NCBI GenBank assembly: GCA_027365475.1
Contig: DAHXNI010000080.1
Span: 5,490-69,489, forward strand
Origin: Pseudomonadota bacterium
GTDB taxonomy: Bacteria > Pseudomonadota > Gammaproteobacteria > JAKAQQ01
Length of the DNA stretch: 64,000 nucleotides
Reading direction: 5' to 3'
The position numbers and the translations under genes were made by a program. Under the pieces are notes generated by a model. It did not search any database. It was not told where the DNA came from and saw nothing but the letters and a program-made list of their open reading frames with translations. Shown here piece by piece: positions 1 through 12,137 of the stretch (positions are counted from its first letter, which is position 1; every line of letters begins with the position of its first letter).

Positions 1-1946
1 GGTCTCCCCGGTCGATGGCCATCCAACTCCGCCCGACCAGGACCCCGTCAGGGGTCACAAAACAGTGGCCAGCGGAAAGACTCTGGCGTCTCGCCAGTGC
101 ATCAGCCAGCGAGACCGCGGGCAGCGCATGCGCGAAAAAATCATCGAGATCGACTCCCGGGGCGATCAGCGAGGGGAAGCTGCTTGGAGGAGCACGTCTT
201 CCCTCAGAAGCATGTACCTCGAACAAAACAACGGTGCTTGAAGCGAGTGCCGCAAACGATTCGGAACAGGTTTCGAGCCGTTCGACACCAATGGCCTTCA
301 GTCGATTCCCCAGTACCGCGCGTACCAGAGGTTCCGCGCCCGGATCAACTTCCAAAAGGTCAGCCAGTCGCGGACGGTGGTGGAGACTGTTTTTTTCGAG
401 CCATTTCCTGGCCTCCTCGCCGTCCAGTGCCAACGCCTGCGCCCTCAGCTGTTCATGGGTGTTGAGACGAGCCTTGGCCTGTTCGCGCTCGATAGCGGTA
501 CGATTGAGCTCCGCCTCCGCTTGCCTCAGGCTCGCCTGCTCTTGATCGAGGTTATGCTTCCGCTCCGCAAGCTCGGTTTCATGTTTCGATCTCTCACGCA
601 ACCGTACCTCATGGACCAAACGGGACTGTTCGCGTTTCTCAAGCAAAGCCGGAAACGTGGCCGCATCCAGCTTGCGCGTGAGTTCCCCTTGCTGATCACG
701 CAGGTTGGTCAGGGAATCCAATGCGTGCTTGTGTTCGAGCACCAGGAGTTCCGCGCGCTGCCGGGTTTCTGCCATCCGGTCGCGCAGCTCATCCAAATGA
801 TCTTCCAGGTCACTTTTCTGTTTCTCGACTGCACGAAGATCAAAACCGAGACGGGAAATTTCGCTGCGCGTGGCCTCAAGTGCTTGCTCGAGGGCCGCGC
901 GTTCCATGTGACCCTGATCCAGATATCCCTCGTCAGCATTTAACCGGGCTCCAATCCGTGCCCGCTCATCTGCGATCCGTTCCTTGTCCCTGGCGAGCCG
1001 GTCGCGCTCGGCGATACGATGCTCGCGCGCAGACTGAAGCTGGGCAATGCGCTTTTCGGTCTCATAGACGTGCCGCTGGGCTTCCTGGTCGGCGAGCGAG
1101 GCATTCCGGCGGCGTTCGGCGAGTTCAAGCAGGAGCAGTTCAAGCCGCGTTTGCTGGGCTTTGATAGCCTCAGTGGCGACCTCACGTTCACGGATCTCGC
1201 GGTTGAGCTCCAGCAATTTTTCATTGAAGCTCTGCTTCTCCAGTATACATAGTCGGCTCCGGGTGAGCCGCTCCGCCTCGCGGAGTGCGCGGAAACGTTC
1301 CGCTTGGCGGGCCTGCTGGGCAAGCTGATTAAGGCGTTTTCCCAACTCGCCCCTGATCTCGTTGACGCGCTCCAATCGTTCACGCGTGTTTTCGACGCGC
1401 GCGAGTGTTTCTCGGCGCCGTTCCTTATACTTGGATACGCCCGCTGCTTCCTCCAGGAAAAGCTGCCATTCCTCGGGCTTCAAATCCACCAGACGGGAAA
1501 TGGTCCCCTGTTCGATGATCGCATAACTGCGAGGTCCGAGACCCGTTCCCAGAAAAATATCGGTGATATCGCGCCGCCGACACGTTGATCCGTTGAGGTA
1601 ATACTGCGAGATGCCATCCCGCCCGACCACCCGGCGGATCGCGATTTCGTTGTATGCGGCGTAGTCTCCTCCGATCCGTCCATCACTGTTGTCGAACACG
1701 AGTTCCACCGACGCCTGCCCAGCTGGTTTCCGGGTATGGGAACCTCCAAAAATCACATCCGGCATCGACTCGCCACGAAGGATTTTGGCTGAACTTTCGC
1801 CCATGACCCAACGCACGGCATCGATCAAGTTTGATTTTCCGGCACCGTTGGGGCCGGTTATAGCCGCGATCCCCTCAGGGAATTCCAGTGTGGTGGGATC
1901 GGCAAATGACTTGAAACCACTGAGCTTGATTTTGAGTAAACGCATA
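1..1946 (-). CDS. smc: Chromosome segregation protein SMC, N-terminal ~648 codons; C-terminal part lies beyond the window start
   Basis: Manual minus-strand translation from ATG at 1946 reads MRLLKIKLSGFKSFADPTTLEFPEGIAAITGPNGAGKSNLIDAVRWVMGE... (Walker A GPNGAGKSN). Long coiled-coil heptad-rich sequence follows. The frame is open to position 1. It was missed by the ORF track because no stop falls in the window. Confidence 0.85.
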
Positions 1947-1989
1947 CGTTGTGGGAACCGCCCCGAAGTCGTCCTAGTGTAAAGTATTT

Positions 1990-2427
1990 ATGAACTTGAC
2001 AAATGCGTGCTTTGAAATGCCGAGCAGCCCCTCACGATCACTTTCCACCTTCCCCAACCCGGAGCCGGGGCGTGACTACGAGATCCGGATGGACGTTCCC
2101 GAGTTCACTTGCCTGTGTCCACTGACCGGCCAACCGGATTTTGCCTTCCTCGCACTATGCTACATCCCGGCGGAACTTTGCCTCGAACTCAAAGCGCTCA
2201 AACTCTACTTCTGGTCGTACCGGAACGAAGGGGCGTTTCATGAAGCCGTCTCCAACCAGATTCTAAATGACCTGGTTCGCGCCTGCCAGCCCCATTACCT
2301 GCGTCTTACGGCTCGATTCAATACCCGGGGCGGGATCCGAACCACGGTCATCGTCGAACATCGTGCACAGGAATGGGCTGGAACACCCCCCCGTCCGGAA
2401 GATCCCGGACCCCCTCCGGTCCGATAA
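1990..2427 (+). CDS. queF: NADPH-dependent 7-cyano-7-deazaguanine reductase QueF (type I, short form)
   Basis: Motif [15 protein letters not shown] is the QueF catalytic-Cys signature; [12 protein letters not shown] and FHEAVSN resemble type I QueF. 145 aa. Confidence 0.8.
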   Translation: MNLTNACFEMPSSPSRSLSTFPNPEPGRDYEIRMDVPEFTCLCPLTGQPDFAFLALCYIPAELCLELKALKLYFWSYRNEGAFHEAVSNQILNDLVRACQPHYLRLTARFNTRGGIRTTVIVEHRAQEWAGTPPRPEDPGPPPVR

Positions 2428-2626
2428 CCCACCCCTGTACGGAGCCTTTACTATGGCTCAAGCCTGGGATTCGGATACCGGCTTCTGAACCCCGAGTCCG
2501 AAGCCCACACAAAGCACCGGGTTACTTTGGGTGCGCTCATTTAGGTATAATGGGCGTTCGAATATACCCCTTTGCAGCTTAAGACAGTCGGCCCAATCGA
2601 CACCGGATGGAGCGGAATCCACCATC

Positions 2627-3190
2627 ATGCCCAAGCGTACCAAACCCGAACGTGCCATACCCACCAAGACGGCTTCGGGACGGAAAAAATCCCGTCTCTC
2701 GCCCGTCGGCGCCGGTACCCGGCTGCACGGACCGACCTCAGGCGAGACCCCCACTGCGGGCGCTTCCTTCCTGAGCACGCTCGGAGAAGGCATTGCACCC
2801 TATCCGATCCGGGAAAACGAAGCTTACATGAATCCGGCACAAAAGGAGCATTTTCACCGGATCCTGCTGGCTTGGAAAAAAGATCTCATGGAAGAAGCGG
2901 ATCGCACCGTGCATCACATGCAGGATGAGGCAATGAACTTCCCCGATCCCAATGACCGGGCAACCCAAGAATCCGAGTTCAGCCTGGAGCTCCGCACACG
3001 GGATCGCGAACGCAAACTCATCCGCAAGATCGACGAAGCACTGTTGCGCCTCGAAACCGACGAGTACGGTTTTTGCGACCATTGCGGGATCGAGATCGGG
3101 ATTCGCCGCCTCGAGGCACGCCCGACTGCAACCCAGTGCATTGACTGTAAAACCATCGAAGAAATCCGGGAAAAACAGCTCAACGGCTGA
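2627..3190 (+). CDS. dksA: RNA polymerase-binding transcription factor DksA
   Basis: YMNPAQKEHFHRILLAWKKDL ... C-terminal C4 zinc finger CDHCGIEIGIRRLEARPTATQCIDC. Start chosen at the ATG for MPKRTKPE; the exact start is uncertain. Confidence 0.8.
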   Translation: MPKRTKPERAIPTKTASGRKKSRLSPVGAGTRLHGPTSGETPTAGASFLSTLGEGIAPYPIRENEAYMNPAQKEHFHRILLAWKKDLMEEADRTVHHMQDEAMNFPDPNDRATQESEFSLELRTRDRERKLIRKIDEALLRLETDEYGFCDHCGIEIGIRRLEARPTATQCIDCKTIEEIREKQLNG

Positions 3191-3233
3191 ATCTGCAGTG
3201 AGCACAGCCCAAAGGCCCAGATCGGGGTCGGGG

Positions 3234-4220
3234 ATGGCTGGCCTGCATACCCGGCGGAGCGCCTTTAAGCCTGCCTGGTGGCTACCCGGTGGCCACGCGC
3301 AGACCCTTTACGCAGCCTATCTCAAGCATGCCCCCCGGCTTCAGCTCGAAACGCAGATTTTTGAGCTTCCCGATGGAGATTGCACGCGTGGGTTTTGGCT
3401 GCTGCCTCGCAGCCCGCACCAGCCGCTCGTCATGCTGCTACCCGGTCTCGAGGGGGATGCCGGCTCGCCATACATCCGGGGACTCGCCAGGCACTTGGCC
3501 CGTGCGGGGTATGGAATCCTGATCCTGCCCTTCCGAGGTACCCGGGGCAACCCGAATCGCAGGCGCGAGAGCTACCACGCGGGTTGGATTGGCGATCTCG
3601 ACTGGGTCGTCGAATATTTGAACCAAGAAGAAAAGACGGCACCTCTCGCAATCATCGGCTTTTCTCTTGGAGGCAACATGCTGCTCCGCTGGCTCGCGAC
3701 CTCACCGGGCGCCGCCCGGATCCAACAGGCGATCGGTGTTTCGATCCCGTTTGATCTTTCCTGTGTTGCACACGCGATGAGTCGGGGAACCGCGCGCCTG
3801 TATCAGGCGGCATTGATCCAGAACCTCAGGCGAGCAGCGTTTCAGAAGCTGGCTGATCACGGCCACCCGACACTCCAGTCCATTGACTTGCGAAAGCTGC
3901 GCACTTTTCTGGATTTTGATGGCAGATACGTCGCCCCCCTTTATGGCTTCCAGGATGCGGAAGACTACTACGCCCAAACCAGCTCCCGCTCCATTCTGGG
4001 TCGGATCAAGACCCCGACACTCATCCTCCAGTCCCTGGATGACCCCATCATCCCGGGGTACTGCCTGCCAGAGGAGTCGGAATGGAGTGCGTCCACCATC
4101 CTCGAGTGGAGCCCACACGGTGGGCATGTTGGCTTCATCCACGGCCGCTGGCCATTTTGGGGCCATGCGTGGATCAATGAGCGGATCACAGAAGCCCTCG
4201 CCCAAACCCGATCAGTATAG
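3234..4220 (+). CDS. alpha/beta-fold hydrolase, YheT/ABHD1-3-like
   Basis: 328 aa from the ATG for MAGLHTRR. Nucleophile elbow GFSLGGN, central Asp and C-terminal His consistent with the YheT family. Confidence 0.7.
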   Translation: MAGLHTRRSAFKPAWWLPGGHAQTLYAAYLKHAPRLQLETQIFELPDGDCTRGFWLLPRSPHQPLVMLLPGLEGDAGSPYIRGLARHLARAGYGILILPFRGTRGNPNRRRESYHAGWIGDLDWVVEYLNQEEKTAPLAIIGFSLGGNMLLRWLATSPGAARIQQAIGVSIPFDLSCVAHAMSRGTARLYQAALIQNLRRAAFQKLADHGHPTLQSIDLRKLRTFLDFDGRYVAPLYGFQDAEDYYAQTSSRSILGRIKTPTLILQSLDDPIIPGYCLPEESEWSASTILEWSPHGGHVGFIHGRWPFWGHAWINERITEALAQTRSV

Positions 4221-4398
4221 GGCCGAGCTCCGCCAAGCCAGACAATCCCGTGGCCCGCACGATGGTTTTTTCTGTTGGAGGGTCTGCCGTGGAAGAGTCG
4301 ACGAGCGCTTGCAGCACTTCTTCCGCGTTTCACTCAGCACCGTGATGAAAGTCGCGGTGCTGTACGTACTCGGCGGCTCGCGTATCCCGATCCCAATC

Positions 4399-6489
4399 TC
4401 AGGCGTTCTGGTCCAGTCCCTTCATGCTGAGCCGAACCCGGCCCTGCCGGTCGATTTCGAGCACCTTCACCTTGATCATATCGCCCTCGCTCAACCGGTC
4501 ACCGACTTTCTCCACCCGCTCCTCGGAGATTTGGGAAATATGAACCAGACCGTCGCGTCCTGGCAGAATGGAAACAAAGGCTCCGAATTCCATAAGCTTC
4601 ACAACGCGCCCTTCGTAGATCCGGCCCACTTCCACATCCGCCGTGATCTCCTCGATGCGGTTTTTGGCAGCTTCGGCTGAAGCCAGATTGACAGAGGCAA
4701 TCTTGATCGAACCATCATCCGCAATATCGATGGTCGCACCCGTTTCCTCTGTAATGGCCCGAATCACCGCTCCGCCCCGGCCGATCACTTCGCGGATCTT
4801 TTCAGGATGGATTTTCATGGTGAGATAGCGAGGAGCCCATTCCGACATCTCCTGGCGTGGCTCGACGATCACCTGGTTCATCGCCTTGAGGATGTGGAGC
4901 CGCCCTTCATGGGCCTGTTCCAGAGCCGACTGCATAATCGTTCGGTTGATCCCATCAATCTTGATGTCCATCTGAAGTGCCGTCACGCCCTTCTGGGTAC
5001 CGGCAACCTTGAAATCCATGTCACCCAAGTGGTCCTCATCCCCGAGAATGTCCGTAAGAACCGCAAACCGGTCTTTCCCCTTGATGAGACCCATGGCGAC
5101 ACCCGCCACTGCGGAGCGGATGGGAACACCGGCATCCATGAGAGCAAGACTCGTGCCGCAAACCGTAGCCATGGAACTCGAGCCATTCGATTCTGTGATC
5201 TCGGAGACCACTCGAACCACATAAGGATATTCGTCCATGTCAGGCATGACCCCCAAGATGGCGCGTTTGGCAAGGCGCCCATGCCCGATCTCGCGCCGCT
5301 TCGGGGAACCTAAAAATCCAGTTTCTCCAACAGCATAGGGCGGAAAGTTGTAATGCAGCATGAAGGGCTCGCGCCGCTCCCCTTCCAGTCCATCGATGAG
5401 CTGAGCATCTTTGGTAGTCCCCAAGGTCACGACCACGATGGCCTGGGTTTCTCCACGCGTGAACAGGGCCGACCCATGCGTGCGCGGCAACCAGCCGGTC
5501 TCAATCCGAATCGGACGCACCTCGCGAGTCGTGCGGCCATCAATGCGCGGATCTCCCGCCAGGATCCGTCCGCGCACGATTTCCCGTTCAATATCCTTGA
5601 ATATCTTGCGAACCGCATCTGCTCCACCGGCTTCACCCGCCTCAGTGGCGAAGTTTCCGAGGACGCGTGTCTCAATCTCCAAGAGTCGATTCTGTCGTGC
5701 CGATTTTTCTGCAATGGAATAAGCCGCCTCGAGATCGCTCTGACAAAGCTTACGGATCTCGCTTTCGAGATCCTGACTGGTCACGGGTGCCGACCAGGTC
5801 CATGGGGTCTTCCCGGCCTCGGCCTTGAGTGAGCGGATCGTCTCGATCGCCAGCTGCATTTTTTCGTGGCCGAACAAAACCGCCTCGAGCATCACGGATT
5901 CAGGGAGCTCGGAGGCTTCGGACTCAACCATGAGCACGCCACGTTCAGTACCCGCAACAACCAGGTCGAGATCAGATTTCTGGAGCTCTGTTGCGGTCGG
6001 ATTGAGAATGAATGCACCATCGACATATCCGATGCGGGCCGCTCCGAGCGTTCCATGGAATGGAATGCCGGACAGTTCGAGCGCTGCAGATGCACCGATC
6101 AAAGCCGGAATATCGGCATCCACCTCCGGGTTCATCGAAATCACCGTAGCGATCACCTGCACATCGTGAGTGAATCCCTTGGGGAAAAGCGGGCGGATCG
6201 GCCGGTCGATGAGCCGCGAAACCAGAGTTTCCTTTTCCGTGGGTCGCCCTTCACGCTTGAAAAACCCGCCAGGAATGCGTCCCGCAGCGTAGGTGCGTTC
6301 GAGATAGTTGACCGTTAAAGGCAGAAAATTCTGCCCGGCGTTGGGTTCGCGGCGGGCCACCACCGTCGTGAGGACACAGGTGTCGCCCATACTGACCAGA
6401 ACGGCACCATCGGCTTGACGGGCGATGCTGCCCGTCTCGATGGTCACCGTGTGCTGGCCAAAAACAAAAGATTTTTTTACCGTAGTCAC
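4399..6489 (-). CDS. pnp: Polynucleotide phosphorylase (PNPase)
   Basis: 696 aa. N-terminus [30 protein letters not shown], two RNase PH domains, KH and S1 domains at the C-terminus. Last gene of the nusA-infB operon. Confidence 0.95.
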   Translation of the reverse strand: MTTVKKSFVFGQHTVTIETGSIARQADGAVLVSMGDTCVLTTVVARREPNAGQNFLPLTVNYLERTYAAGRIPGGFFKREGRPTEKETLVSRLIDRPIRPLFPKGFTHDVQVIATVISMNPEVDADIPALIGASAALELSGIPFHGTLGAARIGYVDGAFILNPTATELQKSDLDLVVAGTERGVLMVESEASELPESVMLEAVLFGHEKMQLAIETIRSLKAEAGKTPWTWSAPVTSQDLESEIRKLCQSDLEAAYSIAEKSARQNRLLEIETRVLGNFATEAGEAGGADAVRKIFKDIEREIVRGRILAGDPRIDGRTTREVRPIRIETGWLPRTHGSALFTRGETQAIVVVTLGTTKDAQLIDGLEGERREPFMLHYNFPPYAVGETGFLGSPKRREIGHGRLAKRAILGVMPDMDEYPYVVRVVSEITESNGSSSMATVCGTSLALMDAGVPIRSAVAGVAMGLIKGKDRFAVLTDILGDEDHLGDMDFKVAGTQKGVTALQMDIKIDGINRTIMQSALEQAHEGRLHILKAMNQVIVEPRQEMSEWAPRYLTMKIHPEKIREVIGRGGAVIRAITEETGATIDIADDGSIKIASVNLASAEAAKNRIEEITADVEVGRIYEGRVVKLMEFGAFVSILPGRDGLVHISQISEERVEKVGDRLSEGDMIKVKVLEIDRQGRVRLSMKGLDQNA

Positions 6490-6523
6490 GGTGGTGATCC
6501 TCAGAATAAATGAAACAGGGGAA

Positions 6524-6796
6524 TCAGCGACGGAGGCCGAGCTGGCTTACGACACTGTCATAGCGGCCCGGATCTTTGCGAGCGAGATAATCGAGGAGAC
6601 TTCTCCTCTGATTGACCATCATGAGCAGCCCGCGACGAGAGTGATGGTCTTTGCGATTTTTTTCAAAATGTTGCGATAGACTGTTGATCCGGTGGGTCAG
6701 GAGGGCCACCTGGACTTCCGGGGAACCGGTATCTCCCTGCTCTCTTTGGTATTTTTCGATCACTTCGGCTTTCGATGCCGGGGGCGCTTGGGTCAT
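6524..6796 (-). CDS. rpsO: 30S ribosomal protein S15
   Basis: From [17 protein letters not shown]..., 90 aa, S15 signature [26 protein letters not shown]. Classic position upstream of pnp. Confidence 0.9.
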   Translation of the reverse strand: MTQAPPASKAEVIEKYQREQGDTGSPEVQVALLTHRINSLSQHFEKNRKDHHSRRGLLMMVNQRRSLLDYLARKDPGRYDSVVSQLGLRR

Positions 6797-6831
6797 GGCG
6801 GATCTCACTCTCATTCACTTGTAAATCCGCT

Positions 6832-7779
6832 TCATTCTAGCCTTTGGCCCTTCTGGACACAAGTGCCCCCGCAGATCAGCCGTACGGCCCGGAGCTCTCC
6901 GGAAGCCGTTTTTCTTCCCAGTCCCCAAAACCCCCCGTCGGCTCCGTGAAGCCGTACCAGTGCCGTCCCCGTCTCTCCAACCCAGGGCACCGTCTGCCCC
7001 TGCAGGATACGTCGCTCTGCCTCAGGTTCCAAAGTGATGGCTGCATAGTGTCGCAAACCCGAAGCGAGCGACAAAAGTGCCCTGTACTCGACTGCTGCGC
7101 CTTGAGCAACACATGGCGGGTCCAGCCCCTCAAATCCGACCATGTCCGGGGCATGAAAGACGCCGACCCGAAGGCGCCTGAGCTGGCTCACATGGGCCAC
7201 GGTACCCTGGCTTTGGGCCCAATCCTCAATCCAGGTCCGGATGTAGACACCCGGTCCACAGTCGATCTCAAGCGTCAGGAAAGGTGGGGCCCACGCAAGC
7301 ACATCCACCCGATCGACCACGATCCGCCGGGGTGTCCGCACCACTTCGATTCCCTTGCGCGCCAGCGCATAAAGCGGTTTTCCGCCCTGCTTGAGAGCCG
7401 AGTACATGGGTGGAATCTGAAGGCTCTCGCCCACACAAACCTTCGCGCTCTGGGTAACTTTGGCGAGTGTCCAATCCGGTATCGGACCGGTCTCGATCAC
7501 CTCCCCTTCGCGATCCCCCGTACTCGTCCGGGTCCCGATACAGGCCTCGACACGGTAGGTTTTCGGGGCGGCCAGGAGGTAGGGCAGAAACTTGGTTGCC
7601 TCTCCCAGGGCGATGGGCAGAAGCCCTGTGGCCAAGGGATCCAGTGTGCCGAGATACCCGCCGCGACGGGTTCCATAAACCCGTTTCACCTGCTGGAGAG
7701 CCTGGTTGGAACTCAACCCGGATGGTTTATCCAACACGAGGAAACCACAAGCTTGTGTGATCGAAGGTCCTGTATGCAC
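6832..7779 (-). CDS. truB: tRNA pseudouridine(55) synthase TruB
   Basis: GFLVLDKPSGLSSNQALQQVKR ... GTLDPLATGLLPIALGEATK (catalytic Asp motif). 315 aa. Confidence 0.9.
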   Translation of the reverse strand: MHTGPSITQACGFLVLDKPSGLSSNQALQQVKRVYGTRRGGYLGTLDPLATGLLPIALGEATKFLPYLLAAPKTYRVEACIGTRTSTGDREGEVIETGPIPDWTLAKVTQSAKVCVGESLQIPPMYSALKQGGKPLYALARKGIEVVRTPRRIVVDRVDVLAWAPPFLTLEIDCGPGVYIRTWIEDWAQSQGTVAHVSQLRRLRVGVFHAPDMVGFEGLDPPCVAQGAAVEYRALLSLASGLRHYAAITLEPEAERRILQGQTVPWVGETGTALVRLHGADGGFWGLGRKTASGELRAVRLICGGTCVQKGQRLE

Positions 7780-7789
7780 GAGGCCTCGG

Positions 7790-8149
7790 TCAGGTTTGGG
7801 GCGGTTTCAGCGTCCGCAGCAGCGCATCGACGCGTCGCACGGACTCCAGTTCGCGATCATATGCAAACCGGATTTCAGGCACATAACGCAGCGTCCAACC
7901 CCGTCCAATTTCCCGGCGGATCAGCCCTTGAGAGGCCGCCAGCGCCTGTTCAATCGATTCCGGCGTATCCGCGGCACCCGTCTCAAGTGCAAAAAAAAAC
8001 CTGGCGGACCTGAGATCCGGACTCATCTCGACACGCGTGAGGGTGACCGCGCGGAAACGGTCGCCACCCCCACCCTGAGCGAACCAGAGTCCGATCCGGC
8101 GCTGCAGTTCACGGGCGACACGCTGGTGCCTTTGCGAGCCAGTCTTCAT
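7790..8149 (-). CDS. rbfA: Ribosome-binding factor A
   Basis: 119 aa; [13 protein letters not shown] start typical of RbfA; lies between infB and truB. Confidence 0.9.
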   Translation of the reverse strand: MKTGSQRHQRVARELQRRIGLWFAQGGGGDRFRAVTLTRVEMSPDLRSARFFFALETGAADTPESIEQALAASQGLIRREIGRGWTLRYVPEIRFAYDRELESVRRVDALLRTLKPPQT

Positions 8150-10611
8150 ATCGACCGGGTCACCTCGGTTCTTTCGAAAACTTCAATCTGATCGCCCGGC
8201 TTGATGTCGTTGTAACCCTGAATCGCGATTCCGCATTCGGTACCGGACTGAACTTCTGCGACATCTTCCTTGAATCGTCTGAGCGAAGCGATGTTTCCCT
8301 CAAAAATCACCACGTGATTCCGAAGCACCCGAGCGGGACGATCCTTGAGAATCCGCCCTTCCGTCACAAGACTGCCCGCAACCTGGCCAAAACGAACGGC
8401 ACGAAACACTTCGCGCACTTGGGCGGTGCCAACAATCTGTTCACGGATCTCCGGTTTGAGCAATCCGCCCATCCGCTGGCGCATATCCTCGAGGACTTGA
8501 TAAATGACACTGTAATAATCCACCTCGACACCCTGTTCAGCCAGTGCGCGCTTGGCGCCTGCATCGGCTCGAACATTGAACGCGAGAATACGCGCGTGCG
8601 AAGCTGCGGCGAGATAGATATCCCCTTCCGTGAGTCCGCCGACACCGCTGCTCACGATCTGAACCGAGACCTCCGAGGTACCGAGCTCTGTGAGCGCCGA
8701 ACGAAGCGCTTCGAGTGATCCCTGTACGTCTGCCTTGAGAACCACCGCCACGGACTGGGGTTGGGCCTGCTCGAGGTGTGCAAACGCATCTCCACCATGA
8801 ACCGGTCCGCGTTGGCTCTGCAATCTTACCGTACGCATCTTTCCGCTCCGGTATTCTGCCAACTCGCGTGCCTGGCGTTCGTCCTGGACCACGGTAGCAA
8901 CATCGCCCGCCTGCGGTGGATTCGAGAATCCCAAAACCACGGCCGGCATGGATGGCGGCACCTCGACGATGCGTTCGCCGCGCTCGTTGAATAGTGCTCG
9001 CACCCGGCCATATTCCTTGCCTGCAAGAAGAATATCACCGACCCGTAGCGTGCCTCGCTGATTGAGAATGGTCGCGGTTGTTCCCCGTCCCGCTTCGAGA
9101 CTGGATTCGAGAACCACACCGACCGCACGGCCTTCCTGGGGTGCTTTGAGTTCAAGCACTTCCGACTGGACCAGGACGGCATCCAGCAGGGCATCGATGC
9201 CCGCTCCGGTTTTCGCCGACACCGGTATGAACATGGTTTCCCCACCCCATTCCTCGGGCAGAACCTCCTGCTGGGCGAGTTCACTCTTGACCCGCTCAAG
9301 ATCTGCTTCCGGCTTATCAATCTTGTTCACGGCAACCACGATCGGCACCTTGGCCGCGCGGGCGTGCTGGATGGCTTCAAGGGTCTGGGGTTTGACCCCA
9401 TCATCTGCCGCAACGACTAGAATCACGATATCCGTGACTTGTGCCCCTCGTGCGCGCATGGCGGTAAAAGCCGCATGTCCCGGTGTATCCAGGAACGTGA
9501 CGGTTCCCTTCGGAGTGTCCACATGATAGGCGCCAATATGCTGCGTAATACCGCCCGCTTCACCCGCCGCAACGCGGGTTCTGCGGATGTAGTCGAGCAG
9601 CGAGGTTTTGCCATGGTCGACATGACCCATGATGGTGACCACGGGCGGACGGGGCAAGGCATCCCCGGTCTCGCTTTCAAGCCCGCGGCTGAAATCCGTC
9701 TCGAGCGCATCCTCGCGCTGGACTTTGGCCTTGTGACCGAGTTCTTCAACGACAAGAACCGCCGTCTCCTGGTCGATCTGCTGGTTGATGGCTGCCATGA
9801 CCCCCATGTTGAGCAGTGCCTTGATCAACTCGGAGGCTTTCATGCCGAGACGTTGGGCCAGTTCTCCCACTCCGATCATTTCCGGAATCACGACTTCCCG
9901 GATTTGAGGAAGGACCTTTTCCGCAACCACCCGCTCGCGTCCCGGGCGAGCACCGGCGGTACTGCCCGGTTTGAGTGACAGCCGGCCCGCCGGCGAACCC
10001 GCCGGGCGACCCGCCGGTTTCGCGTGGACCTTGTTCCGCTGGCGTTTTTCTTCTTCTTCGAGCTCACGCCGGAGCTGGGCTTCCGCCCGGCGGCGTTCTT
10101 CATCCTGTTTCTGACGGGCTTCGACTTCAACCCGTTCACGGGACTCCCGTTCACGCTGCTCTTTCTCCACATCCCGCTGCCGCTGTTCCTCCTCTTGGCG
10201 GATCTTGTCCTGCTGCTGGCGGCGCAAATCATCCTCGCGGCTCAACACTTGCTGGCGCTCGACCTCGATCGCCTCGAGTTCCCGGCGACGCGACTCCTGC
10301 TCAAGCAGTACTTCCCGCTTGACATAGGTCCGGCGCTGTTTGACCTCAACGTTCACCGTCTTGCTGCGTCCTTGGGCCCCCGCGACCTTGAGCGCACTGA
10401 CCGAGCGACGTTTCAGCGTGATCCGGGAGGGCGCCGCATCGTCACCTGCCTCATGGTGCCGCAGGAAATTCAGCAAAAGCATCTTTTGATCTTCCGTAAC
10501 GACAACATCCGGCCCCGCAAGGGCGATCCCTGCTTCGCGAAACTGAGTGATGAGCCGATCAACCGGAGTCCTTACGGATTCAGCAAACTCGCGAACCGTC
10601 TGGTCAGTCAT
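8146..10611 (-). CDS. infB: Translation initiation factor IF-2
   Basis: 821 aa; [13 protein letters not shown] start, charged E/R/Q-rich linker, GTPase motifs ([21 protein letters not shown]). 4-bp overlap with rbfA. Confidence 0.95.
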   Translation of the reverse strand: MTDQTVREFAESVRTPVDRLITQFREAGIALAGPDVVVTEDQKMLLLNFLRHHEAGDDAAPSRITLKRRSVSALKVAGAQGRSKTVNVEVKQRRTYVKREVLLEQESRRRELEAIEVERQQVLSREDDLRRQQQDKIRQEEEQRQRDVEKEQRERESRERVEVEARQKQDEERRRAEAQLRRELEEEEKRQRNKVHAKPAGRPAGSPAGRLSLKPGSTAGARPGRERVVAEKVLPQIREVVIPEMIGVGELAQRLGMKASELIKALLNMGVMAAINQQIDQETAVLVVEELGHKAKVQREDALETDFSRGLESETGDALPRPPVVTIMGHVDHGKTSLLDYIRRTRVAAGEAGGITQHIGAYHVDTPKGTVTFLDTPGHAAFTAMRARGAQVTDIVILVVAADDGVKPQTLEAIQHARAAKVPIVVAVNKIDKPEADLERVKSELAQQEVLPEEWGGETMFIPVSAKTGAGIDALLDAVLVQSEVLELKAPQEGRAVGVVLESSLEAGRGTTATILNQRGTLRVGDILLAGKEYGRVRALFNERGERIVEVPPSMPAVVLGFSNPPQAGDVATVVQDERQARELAEYRSGKMRTVRLQSQRGPVHGGDAFAHLEQAQPQSVAVVLKADVQGSLEALRSALTELGTSEVSVQIVSSGVGGLTEGDIYLAAASHARILAFNVRADAGAKRALAEQGVEVDYYSVIYQVLEDMRQRMGGLLKPEIREQIVGTAQVREVFRAVRFGQVAGSLVTEGRILKDRPARVLRNHVVIFEGNIASLRRFKEDVAEVQSGTECGIAIQGYNDIKPGDQIEVFERTEVTRSI

Positions 10612-10614
10612 GGA

Positions 10615-12123
10615 TCACTCCCCCTCTCGTGTCGCTTCAGGCCCGAACCAGGGCGCGCGGGCCGCCATAATGATTCGGCCAGCCTGATCGAGATTGAGAC
10701 CTTCGACATCGGCCAGATCATCGACTGCGAGGTCTGCCAGGGCCTCACGCGTTGCAATTCCGCGTTTCAGGAGCTTATTGGCCAATATCTCGTCGATGCC
10801 CTCCACCGTCATGAGATCGGATGCTTCCAGTGCATCTTCGCGTTTTTCCTCGGCTGCGATGGCTTGCGTCAGCAAAAGATCCCGCGAACGGTTACGCAAC
10901 TGTTCAACGAGCTCGTCATCGAACTCCGAAATGGTGAGAAGCTCGCCTGTTGGAACATAAGCCACTTCTTCCACCGAAGAGAAACCCGCGCGCGCAAGCA
11001 GTTCCGCAACTTCCTCGTCGATGTTGAGCTGCTCAACGAAGAGGGCTTTCGACTGGCTGAGTTCCGTCTGTTTCTTTTCCTCGACCTGGACTTCCGTCAG
11101 AATATTGAGTTCCCAGCCCGTGAGCTGGCTGGCAAGCCGCACATTCTGCCCACCGCGCCCGATCGCCTGGGACAGGCGATTCTCATCGACTGCGATATCC
11201 ATGCTGTGCGAATCCTCATCCATGACGATGGATCGAACCTCAGCCGGGGACATGGCATTGATCACAAACTGCACGGGAGAATCGTCCCACTGGACGATGT
11301 CGATACGTTCGCCACCGAGTTCGTTCGAAACAGCCTGGACGCGCGCGCCGCGCATGCCGACGCACGCGCCCACCGCATCAATCCGGCTGTCACGGCTCAC
11401 AACTGCGATTTTGGCGCGCTGACCCGGATCCCGCGCAGCGCCCTTGACCTCGATGAGTCCCTGGCCGATTTCCGGAACCTCGAGCTTGAAAAGTTCGATG
11501 AGCAACTCGGGTGCCGTGCGGCTCACAATCAGTAGCGGCCCTCGCGCATCGGCATTGAGATCCCTGAGATACCCGCGCAGCCGATCACCCGGGCGAGGCA
11601 TCTCGCGCGGGATGGTCTCTTCGCGCAGGACGACCGCTTCCGCACCGGTGGTGAGCTCAAGGTAGATGTTCCCGCGCTCAGCGCGCTTCACCGTCCCTGA
11701 AACCAGCTGTCCCACCCGGTCCCGGTAGGCTTCGATGATGCGGGCACGCTCGGCCTCGCGCACTTTCTGCACGATGACCTGCTTTGCAACCTGGGCCGCG
11801 ATCCGTCCGAACGGGATCGAAGACAGCGGTTCCTCAACATGGGCGCCAACCGCGATGTCCGGCGTCCGCTTTTGAGCGTCTGCAAGCCGGATATCGGTAT
11901 TCTCATCAAATTCTTCCTGCTCTTCGGGCACGACGAGCCAGCGGCGGTAGCTTTCGTAGTCCCCACTCAGGCGGTTGATGGCAACCCGGGCCAGGAGGCG
12001 GTCTCCGTGCCGCTTGCAGGTGGCCGACGCGAGTGCAGCCTCGAGCGCCTCAAAAATCACTTCTTTGTCTACACCCCGCTCGTTGGCTACGGATTCGACC
12101 ACCACAAGAATCTCTTTCCCCAT
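10615..12123 (-). CDS. nusA: Transcription termination/antitermination factor NusA
   Basis: 502 aa; MGKEILVVVESVANERGVDKEVIFEALEAALA start, S1 and KH domains, C-terminal acidic repeats. Confidence 0.95.
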   Translation of the reverse strand: MGKEILVVVESVANERGVDKEVIFEALEAALASATCKRHGDRLLARVAINRLSGDYESYRRWLVVPEEQEEFDENTDIRLADAQKRTPDIAVGAHVEEPLSSIPFGRIAAQVAKQVIVQKVREAERARIIEAYRDRVGQLVSGTVKRAERGNIYLELTTGAEAVVLREETIPREMPRPGDRLRGYLRDLNADARGPLLIVSRTAPELLIELFKLEVPEIGQGLIEVKGAARDPGQRAKIAVVSRDSRIDAVGACVGMRGARVQAVSNELGGERIDIVQWDDSPVQFVINAMSPAEVRSIVMDEDSHSMDIAVDENRLSQAIGRGGQNVRLASQLTGWELNILTEVQVEEKKQTELSQSKALFVEQLNIDEEVAELLARAGFSSVEEVAYVPTGELLTISEFDDELVEQLRNRSRDLLLTQAIAAEEKREDALEASDLMTVEGIDEILANKLLKRGIATREALADLAVDDLADVEGLNLDQAGRIIMAARAPWFGPEATREGE

Positions 12124-12137
12124 AACAACCTCACTTC

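Noticed and set aside
15-1383. Several plus- and minus-strand ORFs (15-545, 377-943, 721-1164, 940-1383 etc.) in the first 1.4 kb
   Set aside because: They are all wrong-strand or wrong-frame read-throughs of the smc gene. smc occupies the minus strand from 1946 to the window start in a single open frame with strong Walker A/coiled-coil signatures.
6844-8013. 389-aa plus-strand ORF
   Set aside because: Antisense to truB/rbfA; no recognisable domain. It is a typical long spurious ORF in high-GC DNA.
10024-11535. 503-aa plus-strand ORF
   Set aside because: Antisense to infB/nusA; low-complexity translation.
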